From Candidatus Hydrogenedentota bacterium (GTDB lineage: Bacteria > Hydrogenedentota > Hydrogenedentia > Hydrogenedentales > SLHB01), in assembly GCA_045863295.1 (NCBI GenBank), contig BTWA01000008.1:123774-187773 (forward strand): DNA of 64,000 nucleotides, given 5' to 3'. Position numbers and translations under genes: made by a program. Positions 52,685-64,000 of the stretch are shown here, one piece after another; the stretch's first letter is position 1, and each line of letters begins with the position of its first letter. Under the pieces are notes generated by a model, which had not been told where the DNA came from, did no database searches, and was given only the letters and a program-made list of their open reading frames with translations.

Positions 52685-53143
52685 ATGGATTGGCTAAAGA
52701 GCCCTCGTGCCATTGTGGTTGTGGCGCTGGTCCTGATTATCGCCGTGCCCACGTTGATATGGCGGACTGAGGCAAGGCGGGCCAAACCTGAATTTGTCAG
52801 CGCTGTCAACGCGGGCCAGGTGCATAATGTCCCCATAGGCCTCAAGGAGAAAACGTGGACAAGCGCGGAAACCGCCACTGTACAGCTGAAAAAGGTCCCC
52901 ATTGGCCGGGGCAGGCGGCAGGCACTTGCACGGTTGTTTAACCCTGGGGTCGTCGTGCCGGGCGACAATTTCGACATGCAGGCAACTATGATGGATAATG
53001 AGACCGGAATTCGGCATGTGTTCGGAAGAATGCGAACGGATCCACACCACTGGATTTGGTACGGCATACATCCGGACTCCATGGAGTTGCATATTCGGTT
53101 GCGGCAGGAAGAAGTTGAAGCGATAAAAAGCCTGAGTAAGTAA
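52685..53143 (+). CDS. Hypothetical protein with N-terminal membrane anchor
   Basis: GGGAG RBS; AIVVVALVLIIAV; fills the gap between the two paralogs. Confidence 0.65.
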   Translation: MDWLKSPRAIVVVALVLIIAVPTLIWRTEARRAKPEFVSAVNAGQVHNVPIGLKEKTWTSAETATVQLKKVPIGRGRRQALARLFNPGVVVPGDNFDMQATMMDNETGIRHVFGRMRTDPHHWIWYGIHPDSMELHIRLRQEEVEAIKSLSK

Positions 53144-53157
53144 CGGAGGTTACCCCT

Positions 53158-53811
53158 ATGAAGCGCAGAATAGTGGTGGGTATGGTGTCCGCTGTCCTTG
53201 CCGTTTTAGGCTATGCAGATGAAAAGGTGGAAGTTGCGATTGATCTGCCCGATCCGGTTATTGGGGGCACACCGCTTTCCTACGAAAACGAGAATCTCGA
53301 ACCCCCGGACTTCAAACTACGCGAGCCGTTCATGGCCCCGGATGGCACGGCGTTAGTGTCAAAAGGCGCACCCGTCACCGCCAGCACAAAACCTTCTTTC
53401 GGCACATTGGAACAAATTACGGATGGCGACAAGGAGGCTGTAAATGGAAACCTAGTGGGTCTAAAGAAAGGCCCTCAGTGGGTTCAGCTCGATTTGGGTA
53501 AGACTATCGAAATGTACGGTATTCTGATTTGGCACTTTCATGAGTATGAGCGCGTGTATTTCGATGTGGTTGTGCAAATATCGGACGATCCAACGTTCGA
53601 AAAGTCAGTGTCCACCGTTTATAACAGCGACAACGACAATTCAGCGGGACTGGGCGAGGGAAAAGACAAACTGTACATCGAAAAGTTTGAAGGCAGGTTG
53701 ATCAAACTGGACGGAACAAAAGGCCGGTATGTCCGGCTTTATTCCAATGGAAACACCACCGACGACGACAACCATTATCTCGAGGTAGAAGTATATGGCA
53801 AGGCGCCATGA
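53158..53811 (+). CDS. Exported discoidin/F5-8 type C-like protein (paralog 2)
   Basis: Collinear and highly similar to 51865-52542 (GGTPL, ITDGDKEA, ERVYFD, NSAGLG.G.DK.YIE..EGRLI). Confidence 0.85.
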   Translation: MKRRIVVGMVSAVLAVLGYADEKVEVAIDLPDPVIGGTPLSYENENLEPPDFKLREPFMAPDGTALVSKGAPVTASTKPSFGTLEQITDGDKEAVNGNLVGLKKGPQWVQLDLGKTIEMYGILIWHFHEYERVYFDVVVQISDDPTFEKSVSTVYNSDNDNSAGLGEGKDKLYIEKFEGRLIKLDGTKGRYVRLYSNGNTTDDDNHYLEVEVYGKAP

Positions 53812-53874
53812 CATCACGTTCTATGACTTGGAGGTGAAACCGGGGTCCAGCCGGCAATACGTCTCCCTACCCAT

Positions 53875-55449
53875 ATGAAAAGCGCTGCCTTCTGGATAAC
53901 AATGAGTGCAATGGTAGTTGTCGCCGCTGCATTTCGTCTTGTAGACCTGAACGGGAAGCCCATGCACGGGGACGAAGCCAATCAGGCATACAAGGCTGGA
54001 GTGCTCTACGATACCGGCGTGTATGAATACGATCCGCATGAGCACCACGGCCCCACCCTCTACTTTGGCACGTTGCCATTCTTGAAGTATGCGGGCAACA
54101 GCAGCGTCGATGCCGACGCGCAAACGTATCGAGTGTTGCCCGCACTGTTCGGTATCGGCTTGGTTGCGATTCTAGTCCTCCTCAAAGACGCCATTGGCCC
54201 ATGGCCCGCCGTCTGGTCTGCGGCACTGACCGCGATGTCCCCCGCACTCACGTACTACAGCCGGTACTACATCCAGGAAGTGCTTCTCGTGTTCTTCACA
54301 CTCATGGCGTTGGCCTCGGCATGGCGGTATTGCCATAGGCCGAACTGGGGCTGGGCCGTATTGACGGGAGTCGCCGTGGGCCTGATGCACGCCACCAAGG
54401 AAACATGCCTGCTGTCGTTTGCCGCAATGGCTGGAGGCGCGGCTATGACCTGGGTGTGGGGTCGAGCGGTCCGTTCACGTGGGCAAAGTGAGCAGACACG
54501 GCAAGGCGACGAAAGAAGGCCGCCCCTGGCGCTATCGCACGTAACCGCGGCAGGCCTGGCTGCCGTTTTGGTATCTGTACTCTTGTTCACGTCGTTCTTC
54601 ACGCACGCACGAGGTCCGCTGGATTCCGTCTTGACCTATGCCACCTACCTCAATCGCGCCGGCGGCGAAGGCAGCGCTGCCCTCCATGACAAACCCTGGT
54701 ATTACTACCTTCAACTGCTGGCATTCACAAAGAGAGCGCCCGGGCCATGGTGGAGCGAAGGTCTCATACTCACGCTTGCGGTGACCGGATCCGTCGCCAC
54801 GCTTTGCAAGCGGGGCGACTACCCAGCGCTGAAATTCCAGCGGCTTCTCGTTTTCTACACCATTCTGCTGACCGCCGCCTATTGCCTGATCGCGTATAAG
54901 ACGCCGTGGTCAATGCTCAGCTTCTATCACGGGATGATTCTCCTTGCTGGAATCGGCGCGGCAACGCTGGCCGGCCTGTTCAAACACCGCATGGCGCAGG
55001 CCATCGTCGTGCTGTTCATCGGGTCCGGAGTAGTACAACTCGGGGCGCAAAACTATCGTGCCAGTTTTGAGTACGCGGCGGATGTCCGCAATCCATATGT
55101 CTACGCGCACACGTCAACGGCCTTCATGCGGTTACCTCAGCGCATGCTCGATCTGGCTGCGGTCCATTCGAATGGCACGCGAATGCGAATTCTTGTCATC
55201 GCCGCCAATAATGACTACTGGCCGCTTCCCTGGTATCTGCGCGCATTTGAGAACACAGGCTACTTCGGCGAGATGCCTCAGGCGTTGGATGCGGATGTGA
55301 TTATTGCGTCTCCTCCTTTTAACGTGGATATCGGCAGAATGGCAGGGGATGAATATCAATCTGAAGTGCACGGATTGCGGCCTAAGGTATTGCTACAGGT
55401 TTTTATACGCCGGCCGCTGTGGAATGCATTTATGGAGACTCGGAAATAA
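53875..55449 (+). CDS. TIGR03663/Agl23-like polytopic membrane protein (PMT/ArnT-like GT-C fold)
   Basis: MHGDEA, YEYDP.EHHGPTLY, YYSRYYIQE, ATKE, YKTPW, YWPLPWYLR; multiple TM segments. Confidence 0.75.
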   Translation: MKSAAFWITMSAMVVVAAAFRLVDLNGKPMHGDEANQAYKAGVLYDTGVYEYDPHEHHGPTLYFGTLPFLKYAGNSSVDADAQTYRVLPALFGIGLVAILVLLKDAIGPWPAVWSAALTAMSPALTYYSRYYIQEVLLVFFTLMALASAWRYCHRPNWGWAVLTGVAVGLMHATKETCLLSFAAMAGGAAMTWVWGRAVRSRGQSEQTRQGDERRPPLALSHVTAAGLAAVLVSVLLFTSFFTHARGPLDSVLTYATYLNRAGGEGSAALHDKPWYYYLQLLAFTKRAPGPWWSEGLILTLAVTGSVATLCKRGDYPALKFQRLLVFYTILLTAAYCLIAYKTPWSMLSFYHGMILLAGIGAATLAGLFKHRMAQAIVVLFIGSGVVQLGAQNYRASFEYAADVRNPYVYAHTSTAFMRLPQRMLDLAAVHSNGTRMRILVIAANNDYWPLPWYLRAFENTGYFGEMPQALDADVIIASPPFNVDIGRMAGDEYQSEVHGLRPKVLLQVFIRRPLWNAFMETRK

Positions 55450-55450
55450 T

Positions 55451-57561
<2,111 letters not shown>

Positions 57562-57623
57562 TCAACTGATATTCTTCATCTCTCGCCTTGGCGAAAAACC
57601 TCAAGGAAATGGAGTACAACCCC

Positions 57624-58190
57624 ATGTCAATGCCCGTAAAGTTTATTTCCACGGAAATTCCAGCTGTTCTGGAAGTGCACTGTGGAGTCGCGGGCGATGA
57701 TCGTGGGTTCTTTTCTGAAATCTATTCCGAGAAGACGTGGACCGAAGTCGGATACGCAATGAGATTCGTCCAGGACAACATCAGCCAATCCGTCAAGGGC
57801 ACGCTTCGCGGACTTCACTATCAGAACAAACCCCATGCACAAGGAAAACTGATTCGCGTCATGCGGGGCTCCATATACGACGTTGCGGTGGACATTCGGA
57901 AGGGATCGCCCACGTTTGGCAAATGGGTAGGCCGTGAAATGTCGGCAAAAAATAAAATGGCGATGTGGGTGCCCGAAGGGTTTGCTCACGGCTTTATCGC
58001 ACTCGAAGATGAGACGCTCATCATGTACAAATGCACGGACTTCTATGCGCCGCAATCCCAGCATACCATTCTCTGGAATGACCCCAAAGTCAATATTCAG
58101 TGGCCCATGGAACCGCTTGTTTTGTCGGAGAAAGACGCTGTGGCCCCAGTTCTGGACGAGGCGGACTATAATTTCGTTTACAGCGCGTGA
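57624..58190 (+). CDS. rfbC: dTDP-4-dehydrorhamnose 3,5-epimerase
   Basis: DDRGFFSE, FVQDN.S.S..GTLRGLHYQ, DVAVDIR.GSPTFGKW, PEGFAHGF, YK, WNDP. Confidence 0.94.
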   Translation: MSMPVKFISTEIPAVLEVHCGVAGDDRGFFSEIYSEKTWTEVGYAMRFVQDNISQSVKGTLRGLHYQNKPHAQGKLIRVMRGSIYDVAVDIRKGSPTFGKWVGREMSAKNKMAMWVPEGFAHGFIALEDETLIMYKCTDFYAPQSQHTILWNDPKVNIQWPMEPLVLSEKDAVAPVLDEADYNFVYSA

Positions 58191-59119
58191 TCGCCGTACC
58201 ACGCCACTGTCCGGCGCAAACCTTCTTGCAGATCAACCGGGGGTTGGTAGCCCAAGGCACGTCGTGCTTTCTCAATGGACGCCATCGAATGCATGACCTC
58301 GCCCAATCTGGGCGCTCGATATTCAATCGGCATGCCGGCTCCCGTTAGCTTCTGCAACGTCTCCACCAATTCGTTTACGGTAATCCCACCCCCGCACCCC
58401 ACATTGTACACGCAACCAGCTGCTTCAATAGGCGCTTCACAAGCCCGCAGATTGGCATGCACCACATTGTCCACATATGTAAAATCGCGGGACTGCGTGC
58501 CGTCGCCAAATACAATGGGCGAGCGGCCTTCCCGCATCGCCAGAATGAATTTGGGGATCGCTGCCGCGTAGGCGGAACCGGGATCCTGGCGCGGCCCAAA
58601 CACATTGAAGTAGCGCAACGAAATGGTCTCAAGGCCGTAAAGCCGGAAAAATGTCGATGCGTACATTTCCGCGGCGGCCTTGGTGATGGCATATGGAGAC
58701 AGTGGATTCAGCGGCAAATCCTCCGACTTCGGCAATACGGGCGTATCGCCGTATACGGATGAAGACGATGCCAGCACCACGCGTTTGACACCGGCATCTC
58801 TCGCAGCAACCAGTACGTTTAGGGTCCCCACTACGTTTGCCTGATTCGAAGCAACGGGGTCGGAAACGGATCGCGGCACGGACGGCAATGCGGCCTCATG
58901 CAGCACGTAGTCCGCATCCTTGCATGCGCGGGCACACAGAATAGGATCAGTTATTGATCCCTGCATGACAGTCAAATCGCCGTTCAGATGCGATATGTTT
59001 TCCAGCCGCCCGGTGGAACAATCGTCCAACACCACGACGGTCCCGCCTCGTTCGAGGATGGCCTCGACAAGATTCGACCCGATGAAGCCAGCGCCGCCGG
59101 TAACGGTAAAACGAGTCAT
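58178..59119 (-). CDS. NAD-dependent epimerase (UDP-GlcNAc/Glc 4-epimerase, WbpP-like)
   Basis: TGGAGFIGSNL, HEAALPSVPRS, SPYAITK, LRYFNVFGPRQDP, SRDFTYV. Confidence 0.88.
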   Translation of the reverse strand: MTRFTVTGGAGFIGSNLVEAILERGGTVVVLDDCSTGRLENISHLNGDLTVMQGSITDPILCARACKDADYVLHEAALPSVPRSVSDPVASNQANVVGTLNVLVAARDAGVKRVVLASSSSVYGDTPVLPKSEDLPLNPLSPYAITKAAAEMYASTFFRLYGLETISLRYFNVFGPRQDPGSAYAAAIPKFILAMREGRSPIVFGDGTQSRDFTYVDNVVHANLRACEAPIEAAGCVYNVGCGGGITVNELVETLQKLTGAGMPIEYRAPRLGEVMHSMASIEKARRALGYQPPVDLQEGLRRTVAWYGDHAL

Positions 59120-59171
59120 GCAATTCCCTCAGGTCTATACTGGTACTGAATCCCAAGCTCCATGACGCACG

Positions 59172-60125
59172 TCATCCCATGGTTGCCTTGTACCAATCGA
59201 CAAACCGGGCAATTCCCTCGTCCATATCTACTTGCGGATTGTACCCCAAAAGTCTCCGGGCCTTGTCGACATTGGCATAGGTAATCGCCACGTCCCCGGG
59301 CTGCATTGGCTGACTGTCAATTACCGCTTCTTTGCCCACATGTTTGGATATCAGCCGGATCAGATGCCGCAATGAGGTCGTGGTACTTTCTCCCAAATTA
59401 AAAATCTCGTAACGAAACGGCGTGTCGACGGCCCGAATCACGCCGTCAATGCAATCGTCAATGTAGGTATAATCCCGCTGCGTCGATCCGTCGCCAAACA
59501 TGGGCACGGGCCGCCCTTCGTGGATAAGCCGCGTAAAATGGTGAATAGCCATGTCCGGCCGCTGCCGCGGGCCGTACACGGTGAAGAATCGCAGCATCGC
59601 GACATTCATGCCGTACGTGTGGCTGTAGACATGACCCATCAGTTCGTTCATCCGCTTGGTGGCGGCATAGGGGCTGATGGGCTGACTCACATCCTGGCCT
59701 TCGTCGAAGGGCACGCAAGTAAGCGCTCCGTATACGGAACTGCTCGACGCCCAGACCAAATGAGAAGGCGGAAAACGCCGGCAAGCGTCCAATACGTGTT
59801 GCGATCCCACAACATTTACCCTGTGATACAGATTGGGGTCCTGCAACGACGGTCGTACGCCCGCCCGGGCGGCCAAATGAACTACCACATCCGGTTTGGC
59901 CGTTTCGAATACGCGAAGCACCATGGACTCATCGCAGATGTCGCCCTCGATGAGTTGAAAACGTGGATTCGCCTGCGCTGAAATTATATTTCGACGCTTT
60001 AGGGCAGGGTCGTAGTAATCATTGAACTCGTCAATCCCAACCACGGCATCGCCGCGATCCAGAAGCCGATCCGCCAGCGAAGACCCAATGAATCCGGCCA
60101 CCCCGGTTATAAGTATACGCTTCAT
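59172..60125 (-). CDS. UDP-glucuronate 4-epimerase-like SDR
   Basis: HLAARAGVR.S, PISPYAATK, LRFFTVYGPRQRPDMA, RDYTYIDD, MQPGDV. Confidence 0.88.
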   Translation of the reverse strand: MKRILITGVAGFIGSSLADRLLDRGDAVVGIDEFNDYYDPALKRRNIISAQANPRFQLIEGDICDESMVLRVFETAKPDVVVHLAARAGVRPSLQDPNLYHRVNVVGSQHVLDACRRFPPSHLVWASSSSVYGALTCVPFDEGQDVSQPISPYAATKRMNELMGHVYSHTYGMNVAMLRFFTVYGPRQRPDMAIHHFTRLIHEGRPVPMFGDGSTQRDYTYIDDCIDGVIRAVDTPFRYEIFNLGESTTTSLRHLIRLISKHVGKEAVIDSQPMQPGDVAITYANVDKARRLLGYNPQVDMDEGIARFVDWYKATMG

Positions 60126-60317
60126 CTATTTTGCCCCACGCAGGTCCGAAAGTCGCATAGTCTAACGAATGCAGACCCTCAGTTCGAGGAATCCAACCCG
60201 TAGACCATTCGAATCGATTTTTCCGACTGGACGGTGTACGAGCATGCCACTTTGCATCGCGCTCGTGTCAAGTCTAGAATCGAACCTGGTAAACCGTGAA
60301 GGCAGGGAGCAAAGCGA

Positions 60318-61283
60318 ATGCGGGTATTGGTAACCGGAGCGGGTGGTTTCATCGGCCACCATCTGGTAAACGAGTTGAAAAAGCGCGGACACTGGGTGCG
60401 TGGCGTCGACATCAAAGCACCGGAGTTCGAGACTTCGCCGGCCGACGAATTCGAATTGCTCGACCTGCGAAAAGCCGACAATTGTCTGGTCGCCACCCGT
60501 GGCGGTCTGGATCGCATTTACCACCTTGCGTCGGACATGGGCGGCATCGCTTTCATCGAGAACTTCAAGGCGCAAATCATGCGCAACAATACACTCATCA
60601 ACATGCACATTATCGAAGCCGCCCGGCTGAACGGCGCCGGACGGTTCCTTTTCTCTTCCAGTGCGTGTGTATACCCCGGCTATAAACAAAAGGAAGCCGA
60701 CGTCACTCCGTTAAAGGAATCCGATGCCTATCCCGCCGATCCCGAAGATGGATACGGATGGGAGAAGCTCTTCATGGAGCGGCAATGCCGGCATTACCGG
60801 CAAGACTACGGCCTTGAAACCCGCATCGTGCGGTTTCACAACATCTACGGCCCGTTGGGCACCTATGACGGCGGCCGCGAGAAATCGCCCGCCGCGGTCT
60901 GCCGAAAAGTCGCGCAGGCGCACGACGGCGGCGAAATTGAAATCTGGGGAGACGGCGAACAGACACGAAGTTACTGCTATATTGACGATTGCATCGAAGG
61001 AATCATCCGCCTCATGGAATCCGATCACCTCGACCCACTTAACATCGGCACCGACCGGCTTGTCACCATCAACCAACTCGTGGACATTGTCTCTGCCATC
61101 GCCGGCAAGACCCTGCGCAAACGCCACGAATTGGACCGTCCATTGGGTGTGCGCGGCCGCAATAGCGACAATTCACTTGTCAGATATGTGCTGAAATGGG
61201 AGCCGCAAGTCAGCCTCGAAGACGGGTTAAGGAACACATACGAGTGGATTGGAACGGAGCTCGAAAAAGCTGCGCGCATCTAA
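60318..61283 (+). CDS. GDP-mannose 3,5-epimerase-like SDR
   Basis: LASDMGG, SSSACVYP, DAYPADPEDGYGWEKL, RFHNIYGP.G..DGGREKSPAA.CRK, GVRGRNSDN. Confidence 0.88.
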   Translation: MRVLVTGAGGFIGHHLVNELKKRGHWVRGVDIKAPEFETSPADEFELLDLRKADNCLVATRGGLDRIYHLASDMGGIAFIENFKAQIMRNNTLINMHIIEAARLNGAGRFLFSSSACVYPGYKQKEADVTPLKESDAYPADPEDGYGWEKLFMERQCRHYRQDYGLETRIVRFHNIYGPLGTYDGGREKSPAAVCRKVAQAHDGGEIEIWGDGEQTRSYCYIDDCIEGIIRLMESDHLDPLNIGTDRLVTINQLVDIVSAIAGKTLRKRHELDRPLGVRGRNSDNSLVRYVLKWEPQVSLEDGLRNTYEWIGTELEKAARI

Positions 61284-61429
61284 ACGGGTGTTTGATTCAG
61301 CACAATGCCGCTGCCCCTCGGACGTGAACCCGGGGTACACGCTCGACCACGCCACGTGCCGCCGCAATCGACAGACGAAAGCGGTTAACAATTCGTCTAC
61401 AATGCATTCGCCTGTTTGTCGATCGTGCT

Positions 61430-63499
61430 TTACGATCCCAAGTCGATGGGCGCCCCTCCGGGACCTGACAAACGAGCCATGAAATTCCAACCCCCTGCTC
61501 CCTGGCTGATTCGCAGCAAGATGGTATTGACACCTTCCTTGAGCTCAACGTTCACGACATCCTGATCGAGCGCGGCACCCCGGTCCACGTTGTTGTCATG
61601 AACCATCTTTCCATTCACCCAGGCACGCACTCCGTCGTCCGAACCAATTCGAAGTTGCGCGGCTTGAGCCTTGGCCGATGGCACTTCGGCATAGGCATAT
61701 GCAAACGATCGATCGCGTTGTCCAATTGTTCCAATGAGATCGACCAGCGCCATGGAGTTGTCCGCATTCACGGACTTCCATGCAAGCACAACATCCGCTG
61801 ATTTGATCTCCTTGGCCAAGTCTACCGAGGGCTCGCCGATAAACGCCTTATCCCAATCGGCCTGCTCTGCCCAATCAAACGGTCCGATCACTTTCCATTC
61901 CCGAATAAAACCCATTGCGGCCTGGGCAGCGGCGTTGTTCTGCATGGTCTGCAACTGCGCCGTAATTTGCTGCAACAGTTCCGGCGTCGGTTCGAGTTGC
62001 GTTGCCAGTTGAAGTGCTTCGACGGCCTTGTCGCCCTGTTCTTCCTTCGCAAGCACGCCGGAAATGGCTAACAAGGCCGGAATCGATGTTGCTTTCAGCC
62101 CGGCATCGCTGCTCGCCGCCTTGACGAGGTCGTACGCCCCACTGACAGGAAACTGCGTGATCCCCTGCAGCGCCTGCGACTTCTGATCCGGAGTCGCGGC
62201 CAGTTCGAAAGCGGTCTTATACACTTGACCCGCGCCGCCCGCATTGCCCATTCTACCCATCGATTGAGCAAGCTTGATGATCGTCTCAATGGAAACCGCC
62301 TTGGCATCCCCTTCTGCCTTCTGCGCTGCTTCAATCAATGCGGGCATCGCCTCGATCCGGCCGGCAGCGATCAGACCGGCCTGCGCCGTGTCATGCAGCG
62401 TTGGCTCGGAGTTTCCCAACTCGGTCAGCAACACGCCAATCAACGGTTCGTCCTGCCGGCGGGCACACATCTCCAATATACGAATTTTTGACGTGTGCGA
62501 TAGTCCCGGGTAGGCGGCGGCAATAGCCACAGCCCCGGCATGACCTCTCATGGATTCCAGGGACGGCGTCAACGCGTCCTCCAATTCGGGATTGTCGGTT
62601 GCCGCCTGAACCAGCACCGGCACTTCCCGCTCGTCGCCATACTTTCCCAGTCCCATCATCGCCCCTGCCTTAACAACGGGGTTAGGCGCATTCGCAAGCA
62701 AATCATGGTAGACGTTCATGGCCACTTGGTGTCTGCCGCCTTTGATCACAATGGCCGCCGTCAACTTTAACAAGGCGTCGTACGCCTCAAACGACGTCTT
62801 GTCGATCGCCTGCGCAATAACAGCTTTGTAGTCGCCGATAAGAGCCGCGTCGCCAGTCCACGCCGTGGCTCGAATCGCCGAGGATCGGACAGCGGGGTCG
62901 CTGTGGGTATATAGCGCGCGTATGCCGGGTAGGCTGTCGTAGTCGCGGAGTTTCTCCAACGAATCAAGCACGCTGTACACGAGCGAAGCGTCGTCCGATC
63001 GTAGCGCCTCGCGCAGAACTCCCCGAGCCTCCGTGGTGCCGGCAAGAAATAGTGTATCGCGCACGCGTTCACGGATGGCAATGTCGTTAAGCAATGTACC
63101 CAAAGGCCGCATGTCGAACCCTTCGGGCGCAACGATAGCCAGCAATTCCAGCACCGTTACCGTAACAAACTCGGGTTTACCCACACCGAGTTCCGCCATC
63201 AATGCAGTGGCTATCTGAGATCGCTCGCCGGTAGGGGCGCCGGGCTTGGCCGCCTCATTGCAGATGTCTTCCAGCACCCGCTTGGCAGACCAGGAGATGC
63301 GCGGTTCCGCATTCGACAACAACGGCAAGAGGAGCGGCACCGGCGTCGCACCTTCCCGTGGCAATAATTGGCGGGCACGAACTTGTGCGGGCGTATCCGG
63401 CTGCTGCAAATCAGAAACCAGGTTTTGGACCGCGTCCGCACCGGCCAACGCTACCAACGCCAGCGATGTAAAAGCAGTGAAAACGATGTGCCTGAACAT
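61430..63499 (-). CDS. Exported HEAT-repeat protein with C-terminal beta-sandwich (PA14-like, GSDDG motif)
   Basis: Signal MFRHIV..LAGA; helical repeats; W.VIGPF, AYAY, GSDDGVRAWVNG, LKEGVNTILL, GGWNF. Confidence 0.82.
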   Translation of the reverse strand: MFRHIVFTAFTSLALVALAGADAVQNLVSDLQQPDTPAQVRARQLLPREGATPVPLLLPLLSNAEPRISWSAKRVLEDICNEAAKPGAPTGERSQIATALMAELGVGKPEFVTVTVLELLAIVAPEGFDMRPLGTLLNDIAIRERVRDTLFLAGTTEARGVLREALRSDDASLVYSVLDSLEKLRDYDSLPGIRALYTHSDPAVRSSAIRATAWTGDAALIGDYKAVIAQAIDKTSFEAYDALLKLTAAIVIKGGRHQVAMNVYHDLLANAPNPVVKAGAMMGLGKYGDEREVPVLVQAATDNPELEDALTPSLESMRGHAGAVAIAAAYPGLSHTSKIRILEMCARRQDEPLIGVLLTELGNSEPTLHDTAQAGLIAAGRIEAMPALIEAAQKAEGDAKAVSIETIIKLAQSMGRMGNAGGAGQVYKTAFELAATPDQKSQALQGITQFPVSGAYDLVKAASSDAGLKATSIPALLAISGVLAKEEQGDKAVEALQLATQLEPTPELLQQITAQLQTMQNNAAAQAAMGFIREWKVIGPFDWAEQADWDKAFIGEPSVDLAKEIKSADVVLAWKSVNADNSMALVDLIGTIGQRDRSFAYAYAEVPSAKAQAAQLRIGSDDGVRAWVNGKMVHDNNVDRGAALDQDVVNVELKEGVNTILLRISQGAGGWNFMARLSGPGGAPIDLGS

Positions 63500-63519
63500 G
63501 ACTTTTCCCCTTTCCCGGA

Positions 63520-64000
63520 CTACAGATGCCACGGCGCGCGATACGGCCGGGTCAGGTAACGGTTTGCAGCGTCATCGCCAATGAACTTCTCGGCTTCGCC
63601 GTCCCAATTCAGCTTGCGGCGCGTTTTCAGTGCGATGCCGGCAAGCAGCACGCAAGCCGTGGATCGAAATCCCTGTTCGATATCTGCGGCGGGCTTCTTG
63701 CGATGCCGCACGCAATCGAAGAAATTGTTGTGATGATCGTCGTTTGCCCAGGAAAGCTCCGGGGGCCCCACCCACTCGGTCTGGCCGCTCTTGTCGATTA
63801 CTTCATAGGAAATCCGGTTCACACGCACGATCCCGTCCGTTCCGTTGAACTGAATTCCATAGTCGCGGTTGCCGTGGAGGCTGTTGTGCCGCTGTTCCCA
63901 CGTCACTGTGCACCCTTCATACTCCATAATGGCTTCGATGGTCTCGTAATTCTCGCCCCCGGTATTGCCGCGATACTGACCGCCCACCGCCTGAATGTTC
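63520..64000 (-). CDS. C-terminal part of a Gfo/Idh/MocA oxidoreductase (start outside the window)
   Basis: GI.F.GTDG, HHNNFFDCVR.RKKP.ADIE.G.RS, RKLNWD...E.F.GDD.AN.YL.RPYR.PW; resembles the C-terminus of the 50117 ORF. Confidence 0.85.
   Translation of the reverse strand, partial: NIQAVGGQYRGNTGGENYETIEAIMEYEGCTVTWEQRHNSLHGNRDYGIQFNGTDGIVRVNRISYEVIDKSGQTEWVGPPELSWANDDHHNNFFDCVRHRKKPAADIEQGFRSTACVLLAGIALKTRRKLNWDGEAEKFIGDDAANRYLTRPYRAPWHL

Overview
Bacterial genomic DNA with a diderm-type gene set (OM porin, TolC, Tat and Sec signal peptides). The giant surface proteins with TM+Arg tails and the ThuA/HEAT/Gfo modules look like Hydrogenedentota or a PVC-like lineage, but that is a weak impression only. 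(1) 1-1545 is the decayed right end of an island integrated in tRNA-Val(TAC): a 213-bp tandem-repeat gene, a dif-like site, a truncated tyrosine recombinase, an ArdC-like remnant and the 3' tRNA fragment (att). (2) About 1.6-38.4 kb is the most interesting block. It holds two giant membrane-anchored proteins (about 2850 and 3941 aa) sharing clan-CD (C13/caspase-like) protease domains, PEGA-like stalks and an unrecognised C-terminal anchor module. It also holds a Ser/Thr kinase-TPR-WD40 protein, a membrane Ser/Thr kinase, an FHA-GAF-sigma54 activator and an ELWxxDGT protein. The two giant genes and the kinase-WD40 gene each have a consensus or near-consensus sigma54 -24/-12 promoter plus TGTTCA-N5-TGAACA palindrome(s) 87-95 bp upstream, two with identical geometry. 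This suggests a kinase/FHA-controlled sigma54 regulon for giant surface proteases. (3) CheY/CheX/CheY, then a CzcCBA-type RND efflux operon. (4) Two Gfo/Idh/MocA + HEAT-repeat modules flanking two discoidin-domain paralogs, a TIGR03663-like GT-C membrane protein and six NDP-sugar enzymes. All calls come from reading motifs by eye; no searches were run.
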